Counted from the first letter of the stretch, positions 26,088 through 35,418 are shown. The stretch is 52,450 nt of DNA from a virus (IMGVR_UViG_3300027528_000003:1-52450), one strand, 5' to 3'. A program made the numbers and translations. Notes: generated from the sequence alone by a model not told the origin.

Positions 26088-27122
26088 ATGACCGCCGCAC
26101 CCACATCATCCACGGACGAACCCGCCGCGTCCACGCGCCTCCCGGCAAGCCGCACCATCGGCCACACCGACGTCCCCCAGGAACTGTCCGCGATGATGCA
26201 GCTGGCGGAGTTCCTCGCGCAGGCCGACGAGATCGTCCCCGAGCGCTTCCAGGGCAAGCCCTCCAACCTCCTGGCCATCATGCTCCAGGCCCGCGCCCTG
26301 GACATCCCCCTGGCCATCGCCTGGGGCGAACTGTTCGTCATCAAGGGAGCCGTAGGCCGCTCCGCGCGCCTGGCCCACGCCCTGGCGCGCCGGGCCGGAC
26401 ACCGGCTGCGGCTAGCCGAGTCCGACAACCGGCACGCCATGCTCCTGATCCAGCTGGCCGGGGAAACCGACCCCCACGAAGTCCACTACACCATCAACGA
26501 CGCCAACCGGCTTGGCCTGACCGAACCCCACCGCGACAAGCACGGCAACTGGGTCAAGCAGCCCGCCAACATGCTCATCGCCCGGGTGACCACCCGCGCC
26601 ATCCAGCGCCACTGCCCCGAGGTGCTGCTCGGGCTGAACTTCGGCAGCGACGACGACGACGACATGCCCGCCGGAGTACCGGCCGCCGCCGCTATCGCCG
26701 CCAGCACCGAACGCGCCGCCCGCGTAGCCGAACTCCTGGAGCAGGCCGAGGAGCTGATGGCCAACGCCAGCACCCCCGACGTACGCCTGAAGGAACTGCG
26801 GGAACTGTGGGAGGAATGCGTCCCGGTCCTGGACGAGCCCACCGCCGACGGCCCCACGCTGCGCCAGCAGATGCTCGGGTGGATGGCCACCACCAGCCAC
26901 GCCGCCGACCAGCACCGCCAAGCCGCAACCACCGCCCCGCCGCCGCCCCCGGCCCGCACCAGGACTCCCAAAGGCCGCGCCGCACGCACCCAGGCACCCC
27001 CGAGCCCCCCTGTCACACCGGACGGGCAAACTAGCCCCCGTACGGCCCCGTGCGGCTGCCTGGTGGACACCCTGCTGGCGGCAGACGGAGCACACAGCCC
27101 CAACTGCCAGGAGAACCCGTGA
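26088..27122 (+). CDS. recT: RecT-like ssDNA annealing protein
   Basis: IVPERFQGKPSN, LFVIKG, WVKQPANMLIAR...CPEVLLG. Confidence 0.75.
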   Translation: MTAAPTSSTDEPAASTRLPASRTIGHTDVPQELSAMMQLAEFLAQADEIVPERFQGKPSNLLAIMLQARALDIPLAIAWGELFVIKGAVGRSARLAHALARRAGHRLRLAESDNRHAMLLIQLAGETDPHEVHYTINDANRLGLTEPHRDKHGNWVKQPANMLIARVTTRAIQRHCPEVLLGLNFGSDDDDDMPAGVPAAAAIAASTERAARVAELLEQAEELMANASTPDVRLKELRELWEECVPVLDEPTADGPTLRQQMLGWMATTSHAADQHRQAATTAPPPPPARTRTPKGRAARTQAPPSPPVTPDGQTSPRTAPCGCLVDTLLAADGAHSPNCQENP

Positions 27123-28171
27123 CCGGCGACACCCCGGACCCGCTACCGCAGGACCACCCCCTGCGGACCTGGGCCAACCAGCTGGGGCTCCTGGCCGAAC
27201 GCGGCTACCGCGCCGCCAACCGCTACCACCAGAGCGCCCGCAGCACACCGTGGGCACTGTCCATGTCCGGACTGGGCGGCTGCGTCCGCCAGGCCGCGTT
27301 CAGGCTCGCCGGCACTGAGCCCAGCGACGCGGAGCTGTCCCTGGACCAGGACGCCCGCCAGGCCCTGCACGGCACCTGGGTCCATGCCGGACTCCTGCCC
27401 CACTACGTCCAGCAGCTGGCCAGCGCCCACTTCGAGGTCCCGCTGCGGCTGGACGTGTTCACCCCCGACGGCACCGTCACCATCCACGGCTCCGCGGATG
27501 TCCTGACCGCCGACCACGGCGGCGGGATCGTGGACGTCAAGACCGTCGGCGCACACCAGGTACCGGAGCGGATCGCGAAGGGGGCGTCCTGGGCGCACCG
27601 GTGGCAGGTGCGCGGGTATGCGGCTGCCGCCCGCCAGCAGGGCTTCCCGGTGACGTGGATCTCCTGGCTCTACATCGACCGCGACACCGGCCACGCCGAA
27701 GCCCACATCGAGCCGTTCACCGACCAGGACGAGCAGTCCGTACACGCGCGTATCGCGTGGCTGGTGAGCCTGGCGGCGGAGCCCGACGAGACTCCCAGCC
27801 TGCGCGGGCCCGGCCTGGACTGGGCGTGTGACTCGTGTGCGTGGCTGCGGCGGTGCTGGGGCCCCGACGCCACCCCCGGGGACCGCTCGGTGATCGCGTA
27901 CGGGGACGACGAGAACGTGACCCTGGCTGCGAAAGAGTACGTGCGGCTGCGGGACCAGAAGAGCGCCCTGGAAGACGAGATGGAGTTCTGGTCGGCGGCG
28001 GTCGGCCGCCCGGCCAAGGGCCAGTACGGCGACCTCACCATCACCTACAGCAAAGACGGCTCCCAGGTCGACCCGGCCGCCGCCGCCAAGCTGCTGAACG
28101 AGATGGGCGTCAGCGTTCCCATGCGGCCGGTGGCCGGGCGCCGGTACGTGCGCCGGGCCGAGCGCCGCTGA
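27119..28171 (+). CDS. Cas4-like PD-(D/E)xK exonuclease (RecE analogue)
   Basis: GGCVRQ, GTWVH, GSAD...DVKT, QVRGY, CDSCAWLRRC. Confidence 0.85.
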   Translation: MTGDTPDPLPQDHPLRTWANQLGLLAERGYRAANRYHQSARSTPWALSMSGLGGCVRQAAFRLAGTEPSDAELSLDQDARQALHGTWVHAGLLPHYVQQLASAHFEVPLRLDVFTPDGTVTIHGSADVLTADHGGGIVDVKTVGAHQVPERIAKGASWAHRWQVRGYAAAARQQGFPVTWISWLYIDRDTGHAEAHIEPFTDQDEQSVHARIAWLVSLAAEPDETPSLRGPGLDWACDSCAWLRRCWGPDATPGDRSVIAYGDDENVTLAAKEYVRLRDQKSALEDEMEFWSAAVGRPAKGQYGDLTITYSKDGSQVDPAAAAKLLNEMGVSVPMRPVAGRRYVRRAERR

Positions 28172-28226
28172 CCGGCCGCGCGAACTGCCGAGAGATCGGG
28201 AGTCGCGCGGCCAGCGACACCGGAGG

Positions 28227-28700
28227 CTAACCCATCAGTGCGGCCAGGGCCTGAAGCGGGGGTACCCGCTGCGTATGCGCGGCAGACATGACCATGTCCG
28301 CACAGACGAACATCAGCGCCGTGCACGCATCACGCCGGTCGTCCTCCGGGTGCGTGAACAGGGCCTGGGCGATGGCCCGCGCGGTGGCGGGCTGCCGGTT
28401 GAACTGCGTAGTGACCATCTGCCCCGCGTACCGCATCGCGGTGTCGGTCTCCTTGAGCCCGAACGTCAGCTCCGGCTTCGGGTTCGGATGCGGCCCGTAC
28501 ATGATCCGCAGCGCCTCGGCGGCGATCCGCGCTATCTCCACATGCCCGTCCACGTAGTGGTAGGCGGTGATCGCGGAACGGATCTCCTCGGCCGTCAGGT
28601 GATCGTGGTGGACATCATCGCCTTCGCCGCCGCAGTGCGCCAGGGCGAGGGTGTCGGCCAGCAGCGTACGCATCTGCGGGGACAGGACCGGACTCGTCAT
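28227..28700 (-). CDS. Hypothetical helical protein
   Basis: TACGGT six nt before ATG (leaderless-type start). Confidence 0.65.
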   Translation of the reverse strand: MTSPVLSPQMRTLLADTLALAHCGGEGDDVHHDHLTAEEIRSAITAYHYVDGHVEIARIAAEALRIMYGPHPNPKPELTFGLKETDTAMRYAGQMVTTQFNRQPATARAIAQALFTHPEDDRRDACTALMFVCADMVMSAAHTQRVPPLQALAALMG

Positions 28701-28734
28701 GGGACAACCGTAGCGCCCCAACCCACCCGCGCCT

Positions 28735-28752
28735 TGATATCATTGTGTTAAC
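28735..28752 (+). promoter_or_regulatory. 18-bp operator-like site
   Basis: TGATAT-CATTGT-GTTAAC. Confidence 0.65.
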
Positions 28753-28761
28753 ACCCCTGGC

Positions 28762-29892
28762 TTGGAGCAACCCGTGCAGAAACACATCGGCCAACCGGCC
28801 CGCCCCACCTGGACCCCGCCCGCATTCCTGGCCGCCGTCCGCGAACACGCCGCCTTCATGGCCGAGGGCATCCGCATGTTCGGGCCCGAAGCCGAACGCG
28901 TGGTGGACAACATCGCCAACGGCCGCTCCGGAATGCTGCCCGTCGGGTTCCCCGAGATGCTCACCTACACCCTGGCCGACCTCGCCAGCTGGCGGGTGTT
29001 CGAACGCCACCGCGAAATGATCATCACCCACCCCCGGCACACCGACCTGCTGGTGGAGTCCGCACAGGACGGCGACACCCTGATCCCCGGCCGGTTCCTG
29101 CTGGAACAGCCCTACACCAACCCGCTGTTCCTGTTCCCCCAGGGCATCCCCTGCCTGGCCTCCGACGGCCAGGACGCCCGCATCATCGCAATAGCGACCT
29201 CCGGCGCCGTAGCCGGGTACAGCGAGGACCTGGGCAACACCGGAACCATGGTCGACACCGACGACCCGCGCGCCAACGGCTTCCACGCCACGGTGATCGC
29301 CGAGGTCATCAACGCCGACGGCACCGTCACCGACAACGACTGGTGCCACCTCACCTTCAGCCTCACCCGCCACCAGTCCGTCCTGGCCTACGTCGAACAG
29401 GCCATGCGCCATTTCCGCTTCAACGGCGACACAGGCGAACCCGACCAGCTGCACCGCGCCTCCTACCTGATGCGGTGCGCATCCCTGGCCGTCACGCATA
29501 TGCTCTACGCGGCCGTGCAGGGGGCCGACTTCGGCCCGGAGCGCAAGACAGGCACCTCCGCCCCGCCCAAGCGGCGCGGCGGCCGTACCCAGGCCAGCGC
29601 AGCGAAGTCGGCCGCCTGGCGGGAGATGGGCTTCCAGATGGGCGCCGCCGTCGAAGCCCAGGCCACCCGCCAGCAGCAGGACCGCGCCGCCGCCGAAGCC
29701 GCCGGACAGCGCTACGTCCGCCCCCACCGCCGCCGCCCCCACTGGCACACCTACCGCACCGGCCCGGCCAGGGACACCCCGGTGCTCAAGTTCCTGTCCG
29801 AGATCCGCGTCAACGGCTACGACCCGGCCACCGACCCCCACGTAACCGGCCACCGGATGGGCTTCCCGAGCGCCCCGGCGTCAACCTTGTAA
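28762..29892 (+). CDS. Hypothetical protein with PHxRRxHW motif
   Basis: VRPHRRRPHWHTYRTGP; start uncertain. Confidence 0.7.
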   Translation: MEQPVQKHIGQPARPTWTPPAFLAAVREHAAFMAEGIRMFGPEAERVVDNIANGRSGMLPVGFPEMLTYTLADLASWRVFERHREMIITHPRHTDLLVESAQDGDTLIPGRFLLEQPYTNPLFLFPQGIPCLASDGQDARIIAIATSGAVAGYSEDLGNTGTMVDTDDPRANGFHATVIAEVINADGTVTDNDWCHLTFSLTRHQSVLAYVEQAMRHFRFNGDTGEPDQLHRASYLMRCASLAVTHMLYAAVQGADFGPERKTGTSAPPKRRGGRTQASAAKSAAWREMGFQMGAAVEAQATRQQQDRAAAEAAGQRYVRPHRRRPHWHTYRTGPARDTPVLKFLSEIRVNGYDPATDPHVTGHRMGFPSAPASTL

Positions 29893-29927
29893 CCTGGACC
29901 TACCACCACCATGAGGGAAGGAACCCG

Positions 29928-30296
29928 ATGGCCATCACCACCACCAAAGGGCGGCGAGTCGATGCCCGCGTGGACGCCCTGCGCGGACTGGGAGAGACCG
30001 GACTGGTCCGCTACCTCCGCTACGACCGCCCCCACTCGGCCTACATGGTCGCCGCCGCCAACGGCACCGAGCGCGACCTCAAGGGCAAAGACGTAGCCGT
30101 GTACGTGGCCGGGTTCGCGGACTGCGCAGCCGGAATCGGCACAGCCATAGACGAAGCCGTCGACGCAGCACTGGCCTCTGGCGTGACCGACCGCGACTCC
30201 CTCATCAAGGCGATCCGCTCCGGACTGTCCAAGCAGGTACTGCGGCGCGTTGCCGACGCCAACTCCCTTATGGAGGAGCCAAAGCGCGTAGCATAA
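29928..30296 (+). CDS. Hypothetical protein
   Basis: AAGGAA RBS, MAITTTKG... Confidence 0.65.
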   Translation: MAITTTKGRRVDARVDALRGLGETGLVRYLRYDRPHSAYMVAAANGTERDLKGKDVAVYVAGFADCAAGIGTAIDEAVDAALASGVTDRDSLIKAIRSGLSKQVLRRVADANSLMEEPKRVA

Positions 30297-30319
30297 GCAG
30301 CGCGCCTCACGACGCACCC

Positions 30320-30358
30320 CACGAGCCCCCCGCCTACTCACCCGGCGGGGGGCTCGTG
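30320..30358 (+). terminator. Hairpin terminator
   Basis: CACGAGCCCCCCGCC / GGCGGGGGGCTCGTG 15-bp stem. Confidence 0.7.
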
Positions 30359-30590
30359 CGTTCACGGGACAAGCACACCCCGGGGGCGTTAACGTGCCAG
30401 GACCAGCCGGGGAGCGGGGGCGTACGCCGGTAGCTTTGAGCGGCCTCCTGGCGACGGGCCCCGGTCCCCGGCCGGGCAGTCGCCCCGGGCCGCCGGAGAG
30501 CGGCCACCGGAGCAACGAGGGCCAACCTAGCGCGACAACACGCGCCTGTCTGCCGGGCGACAATCTTGTCCGCATGTGAACGTTAGCCGT

Positions 30591-30716
30591 ATGGACAATG
30601 CCGCCATCGCGCTGGCCTGGTTGCTCCTGGGCTGCTTCTGCATCGGCTGGGGCGTCATCCTCTTCGTGGTGTGGTGGCACCTCCACCACCACGACGACCC
30701 CCACGACGACCAATGA
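30591..30716 (+). CDS. 41-aa single-TM peptide (below the ORF-track cutoff)
   Basis: MDNAAIALAWLLLGCFCIGWGVILFVVWWHLHHHDDPHDDQ. Confidence 0.45.
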   Translation: MDNAAIALAWLLLGCFCIGWGVILFVVWWHLHHHDDPHDDQ

Positions 30717-30792
30717 CGCTCACAACCACCCGGTTGCCCGCGCCCCGACGCGACAGCCCCCACCTGCGACGCAGAACGGTCACAACCGGCGG

Positions 30793-31404
30793 TCACAACC
30801 CGGGGCCTCCTGCCCCCCGGTCGTAGGAGGCCAGACCCGCCCGCCGCACCACCCGCCGCGCCGTAGCCTCCGAACACCCCAGAGCCGCCGCTATCCGCGA
30901 CGGAGCCCAGCTGTCGTCCCGGTACCAGGCCACCGCTAGCCGCTGCTGCTCCGCACTCAGCGCCGGGGGCCTGCCGCCCTTGCGCCCGGCGTCGGCGGCA
31001 TCCCGGACCCGCTTGCGGATGGTCCGCAGCTCGGCACCGGCCAGCACGAGCAGGATCTCGAACATGGTCTGGGCGGAGTGGTCGTCCATCTCCGGGCGCA
31101 GGATCAGACCCGCCTGCACGATGTGCAGCTCCGCCTTCTGCGCGCGGATCAGGTCCAGCAGGTCCAGCCCCTGGCGCACATCACGCGCGAACCGGTCCAC
31201 ATGCAGCACGCCCAGGCGGTCCTCAGGCAGGAGCTGGTGAACGAGACTCCTCAGCGCCGGCCGATCCACGTCGCCCCCCAGCCGCTCCACCACCGGCGGC
31301 GGATACCCGGCCTGGGCCAGGCCGTGACGCTGGCGGGTGAGGTCCTGGGCGTCCGTGGAGACGCGGGCATACGCATACAGGGCACCGGGCTGGGGTGTGG
31401 TCAT
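30793..31404 (-). CDS. Small serine recombinase (resolvase/invertase)
   Basis: YAYARVST, RPAL, VDRFAR, GRKGGRPP and a C-terminal HTH. Confidence 0.9.
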   Translation of the reverse strand: MTTPQPGALYAYARVSTDAQDLTRQRHGLAQAGYPPPVVERLGGDVDRPALRSLVHQLLPEDRLGVLHVDRFARDVRQGLDLLDLIRAQKAELHIVQAGLILRPEMDDHSAQTMFEILLVLAGAELRTIRKRVRDAADAGRKGGRPPALSAEQQRLAVAWYRDDSWAPSRIAAALGCSEATARRVVRRAGLASYDRGAGGPGL

Positions 31405-31528
31405 GGCCGTACGCTACGCTGCACCGGCTGAGTGGTCCTCGCAGGGGTCAACTCGGCTGGGGCCGTGCGGTCCAGGGGCGTCTCACTACCCAATCCTGGG
31501 CACGCCCGCACGGCCCCACCCAGCGCCC

Positions 31529-31999
31529 CTAGTGGATGCGGGGCTCCCGGTCGGGCTCGTGGCCCTGCTCGGGATCCTTGGACACCGACAGCAGCAGCAG
31601 CACCAGGCCGACGCAGCCCAGTGACCCGGCCAGCGCGATGACCGAGACGATGCCCCACCACGGCACCCCGGTCTGCGCCAGCTGCGGCGGACGCGGACGC
31701 GGATGGTTGTGGCCGACCGTCACGCCGCCGGTAGACGAAGAAGCCCGAGGCGTGGCGGTCGGCTTCGGGGTGCCGGTCCGCCCCGGAGGGGTCAAGGACG
31801 GTGACACCGCAGGCACGCTCGCCGGGTGCGTGGCCGGTGCGGTCACGCTCGGGGACGGCCCCGGTGTCGGCACACCGGTGCAGGAGCAGTCGGTTGGGAC
31901 GGGTCCCGGATGATGACCGGCTACCGCCGCTGCCATAGGACCGGCCAGCACCGCCGCCACGACCACACCCGACCCGAACAGGCACGAGAGCCCACGCAT
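31529..31999 (-). CDS. Secreted Pro/Thr-rich protein with LAXTG sorting signal
   Basis: Signal-peptide-like N-terminus; LAQTG followed by a TM helix and a charged tail. Confidence 0.7.
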   Translation of the reverse strand: MRGLSCLFGSGVVVAAVLAGPMAAAVAGHHPGPVPTDCSCTGVPTPGPSPSVTAPATHPASVPAVSPSLTPPGRTGTPKPTATPRASSSTGGVTVGHNHPRPRPPQLAQTGVPWWGIVSVIALAGSLGCVGLVLLLLSVSKDPEQGHEPDREPRIH

Positions 32000-32171
32000 C
32001 GACACTCCCCTTTTTGCTGCTCGGGCCGGAGCGGCCAGTAACCCTGCTTTCCGCAGCCCCACCCTGACCCCGCCCGCGCCCAGCACAGGGAGGCGCGCTG
32101 ACGGTTACCCCGTACGGGTCATCCGTGCAAGCGGTAACCCGCCGTGGCCGCATGTGGCTAGGCTCTTCTGC

Positions 32172-32612
32172 ATGACACCCCAGCCCCAGTACCGCGAGAA
32201 CTACGTAGCCGCGCAGCAAGTCCTGGAAGACATCCTCAGCATCTACATCGAGCGCGGTGACCGTGAACTGGCCGCCGCCACGTGGCTGCTGATGGAACAC
32301 GGCCACTGGGCCGAGCAGCTGATCACCAGGGGATACGTGGCTCCCGGCCTGCACGGCGGCGAGTTCCAGATCCGGTGGACCACCCTCGCCCACTCCCTGA
32401 CCGACGAGGACCTGCGCGGCAGCGCGCTGTACGGCACCGGCAGCGAACTGGCTGTACTGAGGGTGTGCCTGGCCATCGCCCAGCTCGGCCGTACGCCGCT
32501 GCCGTCGCTCACCTCCCTGGACGACACCAACGTGCGCCGGGTGCTGTATGCGCTGGCCTGGGCCGCCAGCGGCCAGGACTACGCCCGCAAGCTCGGCCTG
32601 TACGCGGCATGA
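32172..32612 (+). CDS. Hypothetical protein
   Basis: TAGGCT seven nt before ATG; SELAVLR...SLDDTN..VL.AL. Confidence 0.7.
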   Translation: MTPQPQYRENYVAAQQVLEDILSIYIERGDRELAAATWLLMEHGHWAEQLITRGYVAPGLHGGEFQIRWTTLAHSLTDEDLRGSALYGTGSELAVLRVCLAIAQLGRTPLPSLTSLDDTNVRRVLYALAWAASGQDYARKLGLYAA

Positions 32613-33283
32613 GCGACGACTACGAGATCGACATGGGCGACCTGGCCACCCCGTTCGCCGACCCGGCGATGAACCGCGCCTACCACTTCAGCATGAAAGC
32701 CACAGCCTTCACCCTCAAGCGCTCCACCAGCCCCGGCCAGGTCGAAGAGCTCATCATGCGGTTCCTCGCCGAGGACGGCGACAACGCCTCCGCGCTGGTG
32801 CAGGTCCTCGCGGACACCTTCATCGAAGGCAGCACGATGATGTTCGGCACCGGCGACACCCCGCAGACCGTGGGCGATCCGCGGATGCTGATCCGCACCC
32901 CCGAAGACGACGCCGAGATCGAATTCATGATGCGCGACCACCCCGTGTTCATCCAGAACATGGGCCTGGTCGCGCGGAAAGAAGCCGTCGCGATCAGCCG
33001 CCAGGCCTCGGAGGACTCCCTCTACCTGGTACGCGAATCCGCCGACCGGGACACCCCGGCATGGACGCCGCGCGTGATGGAGGTCCTCAACGACGGCCGC
33101 CGCTGCTTCGCGGTGTGCGTGTTCCTGGTCCAGGTGGTGTCCAAGCTCTACATGCTCAACGCCATCGTCCACGACGTCACCCACGGCAACGGCCAGCACG
33201 ACGACGACGACAGCGACAGCACCCAGCCGGACGGCCCCCCGGCGGGCGGGGAAAACCCGCCGGGGGACCGCTGCGAATCCTGA
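32609..33283 (+). CDS. Hypothetical protein
   Basis: ATGA overlap; acidic, predicted helical. Confidence 0.7.
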   Translation: MSDDYEIDMGDLATPFADPAMNRAYHFSMKATAFTLKRSTSPGQVEELIMRFLAEDGDNASALVQVLADTFIEGSTMMFGTGDTPQTVGDPRMLIRTPEDDAEIEFMMRDHPVFIQNMGLVARKEAVAISRQASEDSLYLVRESADRDTPAWTPRVMEVLNDGRRCFAVCVFLVQVVSKLYMLNAIVHDVTHGNGQHDDDDSDSTQPDGPPAGGENPPGDRCES

Positions 33284-33299
33284 GCAGCCGTCGGCCGGC

Positions 33300-34532
33300 T
33301 CAGTCACCCAGGCGGTGAATGGTCAGGGTGGCGAAGCCGATCGAGTCCGAGGTCACTGCTGCTGTGCCGAACCGGGCTTGCATGGCGAACTGTGTCCCTG
33401 CTGCCACCTCGCCGGAGAAGTGGACGGTGGACAGGTAGGTGGCGCTGGCAGGCGTAGCCGTGTTGCCGAACGAGCTGGGGGCGCCGAGGAGGTTGGACAC
33501 CACGCTGGCTGTCGCGGCACTGACGACCACGGTGTGCCGCAGCAGCATGTCCACGGCGTAGGTGCCCGCCTTGAGGACGGTGACGGAGCCGTCCGCGTTG
33601 ACGGTGAAGTCTGCCGGGCCGGAACTGGACCGCTCTGCTGCCGGGATCTGCGTGAATGCGGTGGTCGAGGTGCTGATCGGTGTGGCGGCGGCATTGCCGC
33701 CGGACCAGAACGGAGCCGGGCCCTGGTAGAGGCCGCCGTCGCTGCCGAGAACGAGAGTGTTGTGGGAGTCGGCGGAGAGCCTGAGGGAGACTTCGTAGGG
33801 GTCGGTGTCGGTGCCGGTGCCGGACGCCACGATAGGCGCCGTGGCATCCACCACAGCGGGGGGCACCAGTAGGCCGCCGTCGGAGCCGTTGCGGGCCCGG
33901 TTGCCTGGGTCGCCGGAGTACTCCAGTTCCACCTGCCACGGGTCCGCTACCGTGCCCGCGCCGGTGATTACAATCGGCGGCAGCCCGTCTAGGGCCACCT
34001 GCTCCAGCAGTGCCGCCACATTCACGCTGACGCCGAACTCCGGAGTCCGGTCATCGACGGTGACCGTATCGTCATCGGCGACTACCGACCCCAGCCCGGC
34101 CGGGCCCTGGGGGCCGGTGGCGCCGGTGGCGCCGGTGTCGCCCTTGGGGCCCTGCGGCCCCACTACCACGGCCTGGCCGGTGTCGGAGTCCACCGGGGCC
34201 AGATCCGCCAAGTCCAGCGGACTGGTGCCGCAAGGCAGGTTGATGTAGTACGCGGTGGGGCAGGCCTGGCACGACACCCGTACCGTGACCTTGTACGTCC
34301 AGCCTTTCGGGTTCACTGCCGCCTGGTCGGTGCAGGGAAGATCCACGCTGATGGAGCCGTTGCCGTCCAGCTGGGCTGTGATCACGCCCTGCATGAAGGC
34401 GTTGTCGGGGGCGACGGTGATGGTGCAGGGGCCGGGCTCGAACTGCACCACCCCCGTGCACGGATTGCCGTCCAGGTCCAGCCAGGTACCGGTGACCGTG
34501 ACCGACTCGACTGAGGCTGCGCGTCCGGTCAT
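33300..34532 (-). CDS. Minor tail/fibre protein with collagen-like segment
   Basis: GPQGPKGDTGATGATGPQGPAG, GxGTxxDP repeats, beta-rich C-terminal domain. Confidence 0.8.
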   Translation of the reverse strand: MTGRAASVESVTVTGTWLDLDGNPCTGVVQFEPGPCTITVAPDNAFMQGVITAQLDGNGSISVDLPCTDQAAVNPKGWTYKVTVRVSCQACPTAYYINLPCGTSPLDLADLAPVDSDTGQAVVVGPQGPKGDTGATGATGPQGPAGLGSVVADDDTVTVDDRTPEFGVSVNVAALLEQVALDGLPPIVITGAGTVADPWQVELEYSGDPGNRARNGSDGGLLVPPAVVDATAPIVASGTGTDTDPYEVSLRLSADSHNTLVLGSDGGLYQGPAPFWSGGNAAATPISTSTTAFTQIPAAERSSSGPADFTVNADGSVTVLKAGTYAVDMLLRHTVVVSAATASVVSNLLGAPSSFGNTATPASATYLSTVHFSGEVAAGTQFAMQARFGTAAVTSDSIGFATLTIHRLGD

Positions 34533-35413
34533 CAGGCACCATCCACGGGGATCACTCCGCCAACGGTCTGCGGGCCCAGGCGCTCCAGCCCGAAGTACAC
34601 CTGCGACACGACACCGACCGTGACCGAGGTGGTCTTGAACGCGGTGAGGGAGAGCGCGGTACCGGCCGCCAGCGGCAGGATCAGGCTATAGGAGTGATCG
34701 ACCATGCCCGAGCCCAGGCGCATCACGGCCGCCGCCGCCAGCGACCCCGCCCCGGTGAGCGTGGCCCGCATACCCACCTGCGCGGTGGCGGAGCTGGCCT
34801 GGGTGCAGTTGAGCACGGCCTGAACGCTGATCTTGTAGACCCCGGCCCGCACCACCGTGACCACCCCTCCGGCCAGGGTGTAGTCCGCTGCGACAGTAGC
34901 CGTAGCCGCCACCGACAGCGGAATCACCACCCCGGCCGTAGTGATCGGGGTGAAGGCAGTGTTGTGATACGAGGCGTACGACGGATTCGCGGACACCTCG
35001 AACGCGGAGCCGTCGCCGGTGACGGTGATGCCGTCACCGGCGGACACGGTCGTGGAGGATGCCGAACTGATGATGTACGGGTCGGCGCTGGTGCCCGCAC
35101 CGGTGACCGTGATGTTGTCACCGGCGGCGATAGCGGTGTCACCGGTCTGGTTGGACGTGGAGATCACGTAGGGGTCATCCGTGGTGCCCGTGCCGGTGAT
35201 CGTGATCGCGTTTCCGGCGTCCAGGGCGGTGGGCGGCACCAGTAGGCCGCCGTCGGTGCCGTTGAGGAGCAGGTTGGGCTGGTCCGCCGAGACCACCACA
35301 CCGATGGTGTAGGGGCTGCCCGCCGAGCCGTTGCCGCTGATGGTGATGGCGCCGTTGGGCTGTTGGGCCGCCAGCGCACATCCGCATGATGTGCTGCATC
35401 CGCATCTGGCCAC
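34532..35413 (-). CDS. Minor tail/fibre protein
   Basis: ARCGC..CGC N-terminus, GxGTxxDPY repeats, beta-rich head. Confidence 0.75.
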   Translation of the reverse strand: MARCGCSTSCGCALAAQQPNGAITISGNGSAGSPYTIGVVVSADQPNLLLNGTDGGLLVPPTALDAGNAITITGTGTTDDPYVISTSNQTGDTAIAAGDNITVTGAGTSADPYIISSASSTTVSAGDGITVTGDGSAFEVSANPSYASYHNTAFTPITTAGVVIPLSVAATATVAADYTLAGGVVTVVRAGVYKISVQAVLNCTQASSATAQVGMRATLTGAGSLAAAAVMRLGSGMVDHSYSLILPLAAGTALSLTAFKTTSVTVGVVSQVYFGLERLGPQTVGGVIPVDGA

Positions 35414-35418
35414 TGGGG

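Noticed and set aside
27119-28171. Cas4-like gene as part of a CRISPR system
   Set aside because: No array or other cas genes; it is coupled to recT, as expected for a recombination exonuclease
30793-34532. Resolvase as a tail-fibre invertase (Gin/Cin type)
   Set aside because: No inverted crossover repeats or inverted alternative fibre ends seen
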